Program-made: the position numbers and the translations under genes
Shown here: piece by piece, positions 27,214 through 40,897 of the stretch
Layout: each line of letters starts with the position of its first letter
How positions within the stretch are numbered: position 1 is the first letter of the stretch
Assembly (NCBI GenBank): GCA_951406725.2
Contig: OX597818.1
Coordinates: 27,652,001-27,716,000, forward strand
Length of the DNA: 64,000 nt
DNA from: Octopus vulgaris
Lineage: Eukaryota
Direction: 5' to 3'
Notes under the pieces: generated by a model
Told to the model about the DNA's origin: nothing
Databases searched by the model: none
What the model saw: only the letters and a program-made list of their open reading frames with translations

Positions 27214-27273
27214 TTATGGAAGAGCAAAATGCTGAAACTAGTGAGCCAGAATATATAGAAATGAAACAGCCAT
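27214..27273 (+). pseudogene. Type-B pseudo-exon (xMEEQNAETSEPEYIEMKQP), acceptor AG changed to AA
   Basis: tttcttgaaa instead of tttcttgaag; donor intact. Confidence 0.7.
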
Positions 27274-27368
27274 GTAAGTATAACCAATATTGATAGTACA
27301 CAGCTTGATCTTAGGAATTATCTTAAACAAAAATAGAAAGCGAACAACCATGAAGTGTATCACTCTCT

Positions 27369-27592
27369 AACTTTTGTCTATTAATATGTGTGTACATGCA
27401 TGTATGTGAGTGCAAGAGTGTTTGAGTGTATCTCATTAGCGTTTATTATGTTAGTATCAGCACAATACTAATACAATTTAAACTTTTGTCTATTAATATG
27501 TGTGTACATGCATGTATGTGAGTGCAAGAGTGTTTGAGTGTATCTCATTAGCGTTTATTATGTTAGTATCAGCACAATACTAATACAATTTA
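27369..27592. repeat. Perfect 112-bp tandem duplication in the B-to-A intron
   Basis: aacttttgtctattaatatg...aatacaattta occurs twice. Confidence 0.9.
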
Positions 27593-27641
27593 AATGTTGT
27601 TCATAGCCATGTTTTTAAATCTGTTTTTTAATTTCTTGAAG

Positions 27642-27675
27642 ACATAGGATGTGCTTATGATAATGTGACCTGGTC
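27642..27675 (+). pseudogene. Type-A pseudo-exon (xIGCAYDNV..), 8-nt deletion and weakened donor
   Basis: 34 nt instead of 42; donor gtaaac. Confidence 0.7.
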
Positions 27676-27987
27676 GTAAACAATCCATTTATAAAATTAC
27701 ATTCATTAGAGCAAGAGTTAGCAAAATATTGGTTCATTCTTTCTTTGAGGAGTATAGACAGCTTAATGTTTGTCATTTATTTGTTTCCGTGATTGGATAG
27801 CAGCCATGGTAAGACACCACCTTGATGGGTTTAGTCCAAGGAATCCACCCAAGTACTTAATATTTTTAAGCTTTGTACTCATTCTGCTATTGTCTTTTGC
27901 CAAACCATTAAGTTCTATGGATGTAAACAAACCCACACCAATTGTGATGTGGTGGTTGCTGATGAACACAAAGACACACCTACTCTC

Positions 27988-28380
27988 AGGAGTGGCTGTG
28001 TGGTAAGTAGCTTGCTTACTAATCATATAGTTCCAGGTTCAGTCCCACTGCATGGCACCTTGGTCAAGTGTCTTCTACTACAGCCTCAGGCTGACCAAAG
28101 CCTTGTGAGTGGATTTGGTAGATGGAAACTGAAAGAAGCCTGTCATATATATATATATATATATATATGTTTGTGTGTGTGTATGTATATGTTTGTGTAT
28201 CTGTGTTTGTCCCCCCAACATTGCTTGAGAACCGATGCTGGTGTGTTTACATCCCTGTAGCTTAGCAGTTCAGCAAAAGACACAAATAGAATAACTTCTA
28301 GGCTTACAAAGGATCGATTTGCTCAACTAAAGATGGTGCTCCAGGATGACCACAGTCAAATGTCTGAAATAAATAAAAGA
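27988..28380 (+). mobile_element. tRNA-derived SINE with internal (TA)n
   Basis: A/B-box-like head tggctgtgtgg...ggttcagtccc; minus-strand head fragments near 11220, 14360, 25070, 28480, 34520 and 38760. Confidence 0.75.
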
Positions 28381-28413
28381 ATATATATATATATCATCAT
28401 CATCATCATCATC

Positions 28414-28483
<70 letters not shown>

Positions 28484-29211
28484 AGTTTCTTTCAGTTTCC
28501 ATTTACCAAATCCACTCACATATTTGTTGGCACAGGGATATAACAGAATACACTTGGCCAAGTTGCCTCAAGGTGGGACCGAACACAGAACTGTGTGTTT
28601 GGGAAGTAAACTTCTTACCACACAGATACTACTCCAAAGCTTTGAGAATGTTAAAATTTAATAGCATATACAATACACTTGTGACAGACATCTATATGTA
28701 ACTTGAATTTTATAACCTTATATTAATCATTAGCCTTAATAATCCAGTTCATAAGCATATATTTGGTAAGTTTTATTTATTGAAATAATTCAAATAATCC
28801 TATAACTAATATTTAATTCAATAGATATTTGCCTAGACATGAGACACAAAGTTTGGAACAGATTTGTAATGGGAAATGTGATCTGTTGCTGAGTATCCAA
28901 AATCAGTCTAGCTTCTGGTTAACTCTTTTGGTTTCTTTTGGCAAACTGCTAAATTACATAGATGAGAGCAACCAGCACCAACTGTCAAGTGGTGGTGGTT
29001 GAACACAAAGACACACTCACTCTCCTATATAAATATATATATATATATATATACAAAATGAGAAAATGGAGAAACATACCTAAATCAATCATCAACCATC
29101 AGATAATACCCAATCAATACTTTATTAAACCATTACCCAACAGCAATGACATTATACATAATATATTACAAATATAACTAGACATAGAAATAGAAAATAC
29201 AATTACATCGT

Positions 29212-29325
29212 AGCTGACAGCTGTTTCGGCTGTGAAAACAGGTATGTCCCATTTAACCATTAGCCATATAAAGCAGGTATAAATGAGACATTAACAAGAA
29301 TGTCTCACGGCCTCTTCAGAGAATT
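29212..29325 (-). ncRNA. Hammerhead-ribozyme-like motif with a long stem II insertion
   Basis: Minus strand CTGAAGA ggccgtga...tcacagcc GAAAC agct GTC; palindromic CAGCTG stem III; stem I only about 2 bp. Confidence 0.55.
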
Positions 29326-29620
29326 TAATGTAAGTATGAAAAAAATTTACATATAAATATAAAAATAAAAAAATATAAAAATGTGTGCATAGACACTCAT
29401 AATTCTACACAAATATATATATACACATTAATACAATATAAACAATATATATCAGTATACATTAACAAACAATTATTTTCCATATTGAACTCATAGTTCT
29501 ATAACCAACATCAAGGAAATACATGTACACTCACATTTAAATTTAAAGCAGACATATATATTTAACAGTCCAGTTCATTAAAATGTATAACCACACAAAA
29601 AGTCAATAAAATTAATATTA

Positions 29621-29684
<64 letters not shown>

Positions 29685-31879
29685 AACCATGATTGTACCA
29701 TGTAAAGCAAGCGGACATCCACATATATACTCAATAAGTCGAATTCATCTGTCTGTTTGATATTGATTTTCCTGGATAGATTCGATTGGCTTATAGTTTT
29801 AAATTTGAATCATAATGGAAATTTTATGGTTAGTTAGCCAAGAAACGCACATACGCACACGCACATCCACAGATCGTGCGCACATACATACATAGTTATA
29901 TGTATACACACACACATACACCCACACACATACACACATACATAGCCACATACACAGCCAAATCATAAATAAATAAATAAATAATATAAGAGGTATAATT
30001 GCAACTATACACATGGAAAACAGAGGAACCCAACCGATTGCACATACATGCATGCAGACATCAAGCCCCCCCCCCAAAAAAAACGACACCAAGGTCGTGG
30101 TATTAACTAAGTAGATCCACTCACATATTTCCATAAAACAGTAAATGCAAAGATACATATAATTATATCCAGATAGAGAATGTAATTTTTCATAAGGTAC
30201 ATAATTCATATGACACCGTATTTTTCGTAAACATAGTATTTTATAACTAAAAAGTCCGCAAACTTAACCGCTATATGCTATATTCAAACATTCGCTAAAT
30301 TATAAAGTATAGAATACCCATTTCCGTTTGACTATCAAAAGACATAAAAATATATATATACTAAGTTAACATCGGTTTATAATAATTAAATTATAAGAGA
30401 TTAATTGTAAGAAGTCAAAATATGCTAATATTCTAAGATATATAATCAAGATAACTCCTTATAGCATAAACAGATAGCATCCCTACGTAATAAATCCAAT
30501 GTTATTACAATACAAATATTTTTCTATTTAAACCCTTACCAACGAACTAATAGAAATACACTCACATCTACATGCCCATATGTATACTCATGTGTAACAA
30601 CAGACATACACATACACACCATATATTTTCACATATGATGTGTGTGTAAACATTCGTAGTACTTATATATATATATATATATTTGAGCATCAGTGGACAC
30701 ATAAATACATATATAATAATTAACAGGATTTGGCATTAAATAATATCAGTGGAGGACTTACCAATAAATAGTATATAAGTAAATAACAAAAATTAAATTA
30801 ATTATAAGTTAATAATTGTAATTACTTAAAATTAAAATGTAATAAAATAAAATAAGATGAAATAATTAAAATTAAAATGAAAATATAAGTAAAAGCTAGT
30901 ATACATATATATATATTATTATAATAAATAATGGATATGTATGTATATATCTACATATAAATAAATAAATGAATAAATAGATAAATACCATAGAAAACAA
31001 ATTAAGATAAATACAAAGGTACACCTAATATATAGTACTGCTAATATGTATATATCCACATATGCATAAATGAATAGATAGATAGATAAATAACATAAAA
31101 TAAAATGAAAATATACATTGAAAAGAGTACATATATAAACATAGTATACAGGCTACTATTACCTATAGATAAATGAATAAATAAATAGATAAATAAGACA
31201 AAGTACAAATCAAGATAAGTACAAATATAGACTAAATATATAAGACTGCTAATATGTATAAAGCCAAATGTAAGTAAATGAATAGATTTATTAATAAATA
31301 ACATAAGATACAAATTTAGATGAGTACAAAGATACACTAAATATACAATATATAAGACTGCCAAATAAATACCTGCAAAAACCCATATACTCATTCAAAA
31401 CAAACAAAATTCAATATAGACTCTCATTTATTACATAATAGTATTACAGTATCTAAAACCAGGTATCTAACTATGATACTCATACACACTCTGCAATTTT
31501 GGAAATCCCCAAGAATATCCTATTTCTGTGTATATACCAAAATGTATATATTCTTTCATGCCACAGTGTATTTCCCTTATAAACCAGGACAAAAAACCAA
31601 AAACAAAAAACAATTAATACAGAACATATATATTTATATATATGTGCAGCTACAAAATTATAAAATTATAAATTTTTAAGTTGCATGTTTCAAAATTGTA
31701 AAAGACTACTAGTATAATTAGATATAGAGGAAAGTTAAAATATTACTAGTAGAAAAGCTAAGTTCTATTTAAATCTAGAGAAAGTGTACGGTAGTTTATG
31801 AATGCAAAAAAATTTTTTTATTAATATTATTAATATCCTCTGTTTTCCATGTGTATAGTTGCGATTATACCTCTTGAAG

Positions 31880-31942
31880 TTATGGAGGAGGAGCAATATG
31901 CTGAAGCTAGTGGACCTGAATATTTAGAATTGATACCACCAG
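31880..31942 (+). CDS. Type-B micro-exon (63 nt): xMEEEQYAEASGPEYLELIPP
   Basis: ctcttgaag acceptor, AG|gtaagt donor. Confidence 0.75.
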
Positions 31943-32897
31943 GTAAGTACGCTTAATTTTGTTAGTACACTGCATGATCTTAGAAATTATCTTTGTCAAA
32001 ATAGAAAGCAAACAACCATGAAATGTATCACTCTCTAACTTTAGTCTATCAATATGTGTGTACATGCATGTATGTATGTGTGAGAGTGCTTGAGTGTATC
32101 TTATTAGTGTTTATCATGCAAGTATTGGCACAATACTAACACAATCTAAATGTCATTCATAGCTTGTGTATAGGTGCTGTGGAACTGCTGCACCTCCTCT
32201 TTCCACTCAATATTATTGATAACATTCATTATAATGAGTCCTCTTTTCTTTAATTCTTTCTTTATACTTGTACATCATATAATCCTTAAGCTTAATGTCC
32301 ACAGCCATCCCCTAGTTTATGAAAAAAATACAGAAGTCCTTGTATAGATCTGTGTGCTTCAGTTCCAGCAATGCGGTGTTTGGCTGTTGTGTGCATGCTC
32401 ATATGTCCGAGATAGGAAGCTGCACGCTAGGGAGAGAGAGCACTGTGGTTCAGCTGTGCTGATCCTGGTGTGCTGGTGAAAGATAGTTTTTCTTTTTGAC
32501 TTTATGTGTGTTGTGCTTAAAAATGTGTTTATATTCTTGAATGTGATAAAGTGTAGAATTAGAATATTATCCTGTTTCCAGCTACAGTGTTGCTGCCAGG
32601 ATTTGAAAAATAGGGCAGATTTCACACCCTTGTTTTGTGATGTTTGGGGGATTTTTGAAAAACAAGGGGGAATTTGTAGCAGTGTTCAGTGAACAAATTA
32701 AACACACTGCCTGGCAGTGACTAAAACACGAACCAATCAAGTTTATGTGTATATTTTATTTTTATATGTTTGTTTCCTTTTACCCAATATTAAAACAACG
32801 TTTAAAAAATTTCTGAAGCAGCACCTTCACTAATTTTATCTATGTGTCGCCACTATTCATAGCCATGTTTTTAATTCTATTTTTTAATTTCTTAAAG

Positions 32898-32939
32898 TCA
32901 TGGAAGGTGCATATCTTAATGTTTCACAGAAACCTGGCA
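32898..32939 (+). CDS. Type-A micro-exon (42 nt): xMEGAYLNVSQKPG
   Basis: tttcttaaag acceptor, gtaagc donor. Confidence 0.8.
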
Positions 32940-33284
32940 GTAAGCAATCCATTAATAAAATTACATCCATTAGAGCAAGAGTTAGTAAATATCTTGGTTC
33001 ATTCTTTCTTTGAGTAGTATAGGCAGCTTAATGTATGTCTTTTATATTTCACTTGTTTTAGTCATTGAATTGCAACCATGCTAAGGCACCACCATGATGG
33101 GTTTAATCCAACAAATCTGCCCAAGTACTTATTCTTAAGCTTTGTACTCATTCTGCTATGTCAAACTGTTAAGTTCTGTGGATGTAAGCAAACCAACATT
33201 GACTGTCATGTGGTGGTGGTGGCGGTGGTAGTGGTGGATGAACACAAAGACACGCACACTCTTATATATGTATGCATATATATA

Positions 33285-34503
33285 TTGGGTTATCTCATAA
33301 ATAGTGCAGTTTTTTATACTTTTATTTTTCTAAATTAAGGAAAACAAAGTTCTTTTTTAATCTAAAATATACTTGCCTTCATTTTCTACAATACTCTTCC
33401 ATCTCTCTGGTGGGCTTGCAAGGTCATCCTTCCAAAACGCACTCGTCTGTGATAAAAAATACTGCTCCACTACTTTTCTGACCTAGTCTACAGTATTCAT
33501 ATTTTTCTGTCCAAATGATTTTGAAGACTGTGGAATAAATGATAATCAGATGAGGCAATGTCTGACAAATATGATGGGTAGGGCATCCTTTACCATTCAA
33601 ACTGCTCTCGCTTTTGGAATGTCATGCTTGCTGTATATGACTGAGCATTAATCCTGATGGAAGAGCACCTTTCATCTTGAAACCAAAGATGGTCGTTTTC
33701 CTTCTAGTGCTGACTTAAGTCACTCAAGCTGCTTGAAGTAGATCTCCTTTGTTTTCACTTGGTTTGAGTTTAAGAGTTCGAAGTGGATTAAACCTTTCAT
33801 ATCCCACCAAACAGATAATGACACCATATGTGGGTGAAGACTTTCTTTAGCCTGGGGTGCTAGTGATTCTCCTACCCCTGTCTTCAGCACTTGACATTTT
33901 TACGGAGAACCCATTTCTCATCACCAGTCACTGTTCAGTCGAAAATAGGTTCATTCAGGAGATGTGACAGAAAAGAAGAGTGCACATTCACTCTCTGTGT
34001 GCTATTAGACCCTGAAAGTTTGTGAAGAATCCATTGACCTAATTTGCTGACTTTCCTGATGACACACAGGTGTTGATGAATGGTTGACTGACCAAATCCA
34101 AGCTCTGCTGGTTCACCAACAGTTACAATGGGAGTTCGTTCCACCAAGGTTTGCAGGATGAGGCTCATCTTCTAGGCTGTAGTTTCTGGAACCACTGCGG
34201 ACACTGGCTTGTGCTTATTGTCTAATACCCACATACTGCATTAATATTCCTCACATTTTCCATTGCATTGTAGCCTTCATTGGACTCATATAGCAAAATA
34301 TGCTCCTTTGTCACTTCCATTATAGTTTTGAAAAAATAACTGTTAAAATCAAACTGCAGTCTTCAAAACCTGCACTAAGGATAAGGATAAGGTAAAATTA
34401 CTACCTGCTTTTATAGCAAGTTGATGCAGGTAGCTTATCCAGTCCCCTTCCGACTTAGTTCATGCAATTGAAAAAAAACTGCATTATTTATTGGCTGACC
34501 CAA
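33285..34503 (-). mobile_element. Degenerate mariner, same family as 11383-12612
   Basis: Matching TIRs and colinear internal sequence. Confidence 0.85.
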
Positions 34504-35384
34504 TATATATATTTATATATGATGAGGTTCTTTCAGTTTCCATCTGCCAAATCCACTGACATTATTTGTTGGCTCAGGGATATACTAGAATACACTTAAC
34601 TAAGTTGCCTCATCATGGAACTGAACCCAGAACCATGTGTTTGGAAAGTGAACTTCTTATCACACAGCTACAACTGCAAAGCTTTGAAAATATTAAAATG
34701 TCATAGCATATACAATATAGCTCTTGCAGACATTCCTTTCTAACTCTGATATTTTACCCTTTTATCCTTATATTTCAATTCATAAGCATATATTTCATAA
34801 GCTTTATTTATACAAATAAACTAAATAATTAATGATTAATATCGAATTCATTAGATATTTACTTAGACATGAGACACAAAGTATAGAACAGGTTTGTGAT
34901 AGGGAATGCAATCTACTATTGTTGTTGAGTATCCAAAATCACTCCAGCTTATAGATAACTCTAGTAAGAAAGTAAGGTTAGGAAAAATCTTACTTTTGTA
35001 AACATATTTGTCAATAGCTTCTCTTAATGTTAACATCATCTCTTTTAAATATTAATAAAATACTGAAGTGACAGAAATAGTACAATACCATACTAAATAC
35101 TGTCAGAGTTAAATTCAGTGTTAGCACATTTTGAGATCAAATCCCATTGCTGTAAATTTTATTCAATCACCTTCTCAATAAGTATTACTTTTACATAATT
35201 ATTAGCATTTTGCATATAGAATAAAATTTTGGGTGCTAGTTTACTGAGGAACCTTCTTTGTAAGTGCTTATTCTGAAATGCCATATTAACTAAAATACTT
35301 TTTGCTTCCTCTTGTTATAAAATGAATTTATTAGGTAATACTTTTCTTTTTCACAATATATCACGAGAGGATATAGAACATGAG

Positions 35385-35693
35385 TGTGATCATTAACAGC
35401 ATCGACTTACTGCCACTTGTGCTGGTGTGCAGGTGGCACATAAAAAAAACACCATTTCGGCATGGCTGTTGCCAGTACTGCCTGACTGGCCCTTGTGCCG
35501 ATGGCACATAAAAGCACCCACTACACTCTCGAAGTGGTTGGTGTTAAGAAGGGCATCCAGCTGTAGAAACTCTGCTAGATCAAGATTGGAGCCTGGTGCA
35601 GCCATCTGGTTCGCCAGTTCTCAGTCAAATCGTCCAACTCATGCTAACATGGAAAGTGGACGCTAAACGATGATGATGATGATGATGATGATG
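35385..35693 (+). mobile_element. RTE 3' UTR fragment ending in (GAT)n
   Basis: catgctaacatggaaagtggacgctaaacg(atg)n tail. Confidence 0.8.
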
Positions 35694-36296
35694 ACTGTAT
35701 ATGGACTTTAGCTGGATTTAGATATTCTTTGTTTCTGTTGTGTTTCACTCTTATAGAGAATGTGTTGAATGTTCATATCTGTACAGTTCATAGCATCCCA
35801 CAGTGCATAGTAGTATCAAATCTTTTATGGCTGCCAGCTCATTTGTCTCTCATCTCATGATTTCCATGGGGCTACATAAGGCTTCCTTTGGGCGCTATAT
35901 ATATCAGGATGCCAATATCAGCAACCCAATGCAACAATCACATTATTTCTCCTTAAAATGTTTTGACTTTCCACATCATGCTGCAATTCTTGCACTTTGC
36001 CTAAGTTGAGGACTTGATGAAATTTTCATGTTCAATCTTCGACGGCTAGCATTGCCAATAATAGGCTATTACTCTAGGCTGCTTGACTTCTATAACTCCA
36101 GTGTTGGTGTCACGCCTAGCCTGGGGACTTGGTATAGTCACACTGTCACTGTTAGGCATACTTGTACACTCAACATGAACCATTGTGCCAGGTGTTGTGC
36201 TCAATTCTGGTTCTGGTTCCTGTGTGGGGTCAGTTGCTCAACTGCCACTAAGTGCAGTGGGTGACACTCCTTAATCCATGCAGTATTCTTTCCAGC

Positions 36297-36332
<36 letters not shown>

Positions 36333-36487
36333 ATACCAATGCAACTATCAGAGATTCTGAATGCATGTTTACATGTTAAATATAATTTTATTTTATTATT
36401 TTGTTACTTACTTCTGTGCCACATCGAAATATTTGGAACATCCTCTCTAAACAATGAATACACCCATATATATTTAATTTCTTGAAG

Positions 36488-36550
36488 CTATGGAGGAGGA
36501 GCAATATGCTGAAGTTAGTGGGCCCATATATTTAGAATTGACACCAACAA
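36488..36550 (+). CDS. Type-B micro-exon (63 nt): xMEEEQYAEVSGPIYLELTPT
   Basis: tttcttgaag acceptor, gtaagt donor. Confidence 0.8.
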
Positions 36551-36802
36551 GTAAGTACACTTAGTTTTGTTGGTACACTGCATGATCTTAGAAATTATCT
36601 TTGTCAAAATAGAAAGCAAACAACCATGAAATGTATCACTCTCTAAGTTTGGCATAATACTATGTGCATACATGCATGCATGTGTATGTGAGAATATTTG
36701 AGTGTATCTCAGTGTTTGTTATGTTAGGATCAGTACAGTACTAATACAATTTAAATGTCATTCATTGCCATGTTTTTAATTCTATTTTTTAATTTCTTGA
36801 AG

Positions 36803-36844
36803 TCATGGATGGTGTTTATGCCAATGTTTCACAGAAACCCAATG
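36803..36844 (+). CDS. Type-A micro-exon (42 nt): xMDGVYANVSQKPN
   Basis: tttcttgaag acceptor, G|gtaagc donor. Confidence 0.8.
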
Positions 36845-37165
36845 GTAAGCAATCCATTAATAAAATTACATTCATTAGAGCAAAAGTTAGCAAAATCTTG
36901 GTTCATTCTTTCTTTGGATAGTATGGGCAGCATAATGTATATCTTTTATCTTTTACTTGTTTCAGTGATTGGACTGCAGCCGTACTAAGGCACCACCTTG
37001 ATTGGTTTAGTCCAACTAGACCACCAAAGTACTTATTATTTTTAAGTTTTGTACTCATTCTGCTGTTGTCTTTTGTCAAACTATTAAGTTCTGAGGACGT
37101 AAACAGATCAACATTGACTGTCATGTGGTGGTGGTGGTGGATGAACACAAAGACACACACACACA

Positions 37166-37265
<100 letters not shown>

Positions 37266-38139
37266 ATAGAGTTCCTTCAGTCTATATCTATCAAATACAC
37301 TCACATTATATTCATTGGCACAGGGATATACTAGAATACACTTGACCATTTGTAAGCTTTGTACTCATTCTGCTGTTGTCTTTTGTCAAACTATTAATTC
37401 TGTGGATATAAACAAACCAACATTGACTGTCTGTAAATATTTGTCTAGACATGAGTCAATGAATGGAACAGATTTGCAATGGGAAATACAATCTACTGCT
37501 GATTTCGTTGAATATCCAAATGACTCCAGCTTATGTTTAACCCTCACAAGGAAGTAATCTTAGAAAGAATCTTACTTCTGTAAACATATTTGTGAATTTC
37601 TTCCCTCAGTGGTAATATTGTCACCTTTAACTATCAGTGAAATATTTAAGTGACAGAAACAGTACAATACTCTACTAAATGTTGACAAAACTAAATTTAA
37701 TGTAAGGACATTGTGAAATAAAATCCAGTTGAATTAAATTTTATTTCTTTAGCCTCTCAATAAGTATTACTTTTACATAATTATTAGCATTTTGCTTATA
37801 GATTAGAATTTTGGGTGCCATTTTACTGAGGAACCCTCCCAGTGAGCGTTAATTCCGAAATGGCATATTAACCAAAATTACTCTTTGTTTCTTCTTGTTT
37901 GAAAAAGAATTTATTCGATCACACTTTTCATTTTGACAATACATGAATAAGAGGGTGAAGAACATGTACTGTACATGTACTTGGGCTGAATCTAAATTTA
38001 ATTTTATTTCTAAATACATGTTTATATATATAAAATATAATGTATTTTATTTTGTTAGTTACTTTCTGTGCCACACCAAAATCTTTAGAGCAACCTCTCT
38101 GAACTATAAATACACCCATATTTATTTAATTTCTTGAAG

Positions 38140-38202
38140 CTATGGAGGAGGAGCAATATGCTGAAGTTAGTGGGCCCGTATATTTAGAATTGACACCAAC
38201 AA
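38140..38202 (+). CDS. Type-B micro-exon (63 nt): xMEEEQYAEVSGPVYLELTPT
   Basis: One substitution from the 36488 exon; canonical splice sites. Confidence 0.8.
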
Positions 38203-38267
38203 GTAAGTACACTTAATTTTGTTAGTACATTGCCATGTTTTTAATTCTATTTTTTAATTTCTTGAAG

Positions 38268-38309
38268 TCATGGATGATGTTTATGCCAATGTTTCACTGA
38301 AACCCAATG
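38268..38309 (+). CDS. Type-A micro-exon (42 nt): xMDDVYANVSLKPN
   Basis: Canonical splice sites; preceding intron only 65 nt. Confidence 0.7.
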
Positions 38310-38627
38310 GTAAGCAATCCATTAATAAAATTTCATCCATTAGAGTAAGACTTAGCAAAATCTTGGTTCGTTCTTTCTTTGGGTAGTATGGGCAGAGTAA
38401 TGTATATCTTTTATTTTTTACTTGTTTCAGTGATTGGACTGTAACTATGCTAAGGCACCACCTTGATGGGTTTAGTCCATCTAGTCCACCAAAGTACTTA
38501 TTATTTTAAAGTTTTGTACTCATTCTGCTGTTGTCTTTTGTCAAACTATTAAGTTCTGTGGACGTAAACAGACCAACATTGACTGTCATGTGGTGGTGGT
38601 GGATGAACACAAAGACACACACACACA

Positions 38628-38761
<134 letters not shown>

Positions 38762-39765
38762 ATAGAGTTCCTTCAGTTTATATCTATCAAATACACTCAC
38801 ATTATATTCGTTGGCACAGGGATATACTAGAATACACTTGACCAAGTTGCCTCATAGTGGGACTGAACTCAGAACCATGTATTTGAAAAGTAAACATGTT
38901 ATCACACATCTAAAACTCCAAAGCTTTGAAAATGTTCGAATTTAACAGCATATACAGTAGGTCTTGCAGACATTCCTATTTAACTCTGATATTTTACCCT
39001 TAATAATCCAGTGCATAAGCATATGTTTTTCAAGCTATATTTGTACAAAAATTCCGTATAATTATATAACTAATATTGAATTCTGTAAATATTTACCTAG
39101 ACATGAGTCAATGAATGGAACAGATTTCCAATGGGAATGCATTCTGCTGCTGTGTTTGTTGAATATCCAAATGACTCCAGCTTATGTTTAACCCTCACAA
39201 GGAAGTAATCTTAGAAAGAATCTTACTTCTGTAAACATATTTGTGAATTTCTTCCCTCAGTGGTAATATTGTCACCTTTAACTATCAGTGAAATATTTAA
39301 GTAACAGAAACAGTACAATACTCATAAATATTGACAGAACCAAATTTAATGTAAGGACATTGTGAAATAAAATCCAGTTGAATTAAATTTTATTTCTTTA
39401 GCCTCTCAATAAGTATCACTTTTACATAATTATTAGCATTTTGGATGCCATTTTACTGAGGAACCCTCCCAGTGAGCGTTAATTCCGAAATGGCATATTA
39501 ACCAAAATTACTCTTTGTTTCTTCTTGTTTGAAAAAGAATTTATTCGATCACACTTTTCATTTTGACAATACATGAATAAGAGGGTGAAGAACATGTACT
39601 GTACATGCACTTGGGCTGAATTTAAATATAATTCTAAATACATGTTTATATATATATAAAATATGATGTATTTTATTTTGTTAACTACTTTCTATGCCAC
39701 ACCAAAAGCTTTAGAGCAGTCTCTCTGAACTATAAATACACCCATATATATTTAATTTCTTGAAG

Positions 39766-39828
39766 CTATGGAGGAGGAGCAATATGCTGAAGCTAGTGGG
39801 CCTGAATATTTAGAAATGATACCAAGAG
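39766..39828 (+). CDS. Type-B micro-exon (63 nt): xMEEEQYAEASGPEYLEMIPR
   Basis: tttcttgaag acceptor, AG|gtaagt donor. Confidence 0.8.
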
Positions 39829-40080
39829 GTAAGTACACTTAGTTTTGTTGGTACACTGCATGATCTTAGAAATTATCTTTGTCAAAATGGAAAGCAAACA
39901 ACCATGAAATGTATCACTCTCTAAGTTTGGCATAATACTATGTGCGTACACGCATGCATGTACATGTGAGAATATTTGAGTGTATCTCAGTGTTTGTTAT
40001 GTTAGGATCAGTACAATACTAATACAATTTAAATGTCATTCATTGCCATGTTTTTAATTCTATTTTTTAATTTCTTGAAG

Positions 40081-40122
40081 TCATGGATGATGTTTATGCC
40101 AATGTTTCACTGAAACCCAATG
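40081..40122 (+). CDS. Type-A micro-exon (42 nt): xMDDVYANVSLKPN
   Basis: Identical to the 38268 exon; canonical splice sites. Confidence 0.8.
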
Positions 40123-40469
40123 GTAAGCGATCCATTAATAAAATTACATTCATTAGAGCAAGACTTAGCAAAATCTTGGTTCATTCTTTCTTTGGGTAGT
40201 ATAGGCAGCATAATGCATGTCATTTAATTTTTACTTGTTTCAGTGATTGGTCTGCAGCTGTACTAAGGCACCGCCTTGATGGATTTAGTCCAACTAGTCC
40301 ACCAAAGTACTTATCATCTTTAAGCTTTGTTCTCATTTTGCTGTTGTCTTTTGTCAAACTATTAAAGTTCTGTAGATGTAAACAGACCAACATTGACTGT
40401 CACGTGGTGGTGGTGTTTGTGGATGAACACAAAGACACACACAATCACTCATATATATATATATCACCA

Positions 40470-40895
40470 TGAGGGGCTGTGTGCAGTCCAACATTTCCTT
40501 CACCTTTGACCCAACCCTCAACAAGACACATCCACATCTTCATACCTATACATACACACACACGTCAAAGTCCCCATTCCTCTTCCACATGCACATACAT
40601 ACTCTCTTATACCTGTACATGCACCTTCGTTTTGGGATCACCACTACTTTATTATTTCCCCTACTTCCTAGCTCTTCTGTGTGACCATTCTGTCCGACAT
40701 TCTCTATGATAGATCGCTAGCCACTACACATTCTTTATTTTCTCTCCTTATTTCTTTCTGTGTTCCTTCCTGTGGAAGAGCATAGGCTTGAAACTTAAAG
40801 ACCTTTTCACTTCCTGGGCATTAAACTAATACATCTGTTTGTTGTCTACACCACCTATCTTCGTCTTTTGTTTTTTTTTTTATGAATTCTCCTTA
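40470..40895 (+). mobile_element. Penelope-like 3' terminal fragment
   Basis: Similar to 6060-6425 (gaagagcataggcttgaaac, ttcgtcttttgttt). Confidence 0.65.
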
Positions 40896-40897
40896 TA

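Noticed and set aside
27988-28075. tRNA gene
   Set aside because: A/B-box head of a dispersed SINE; no complete cloverleaf
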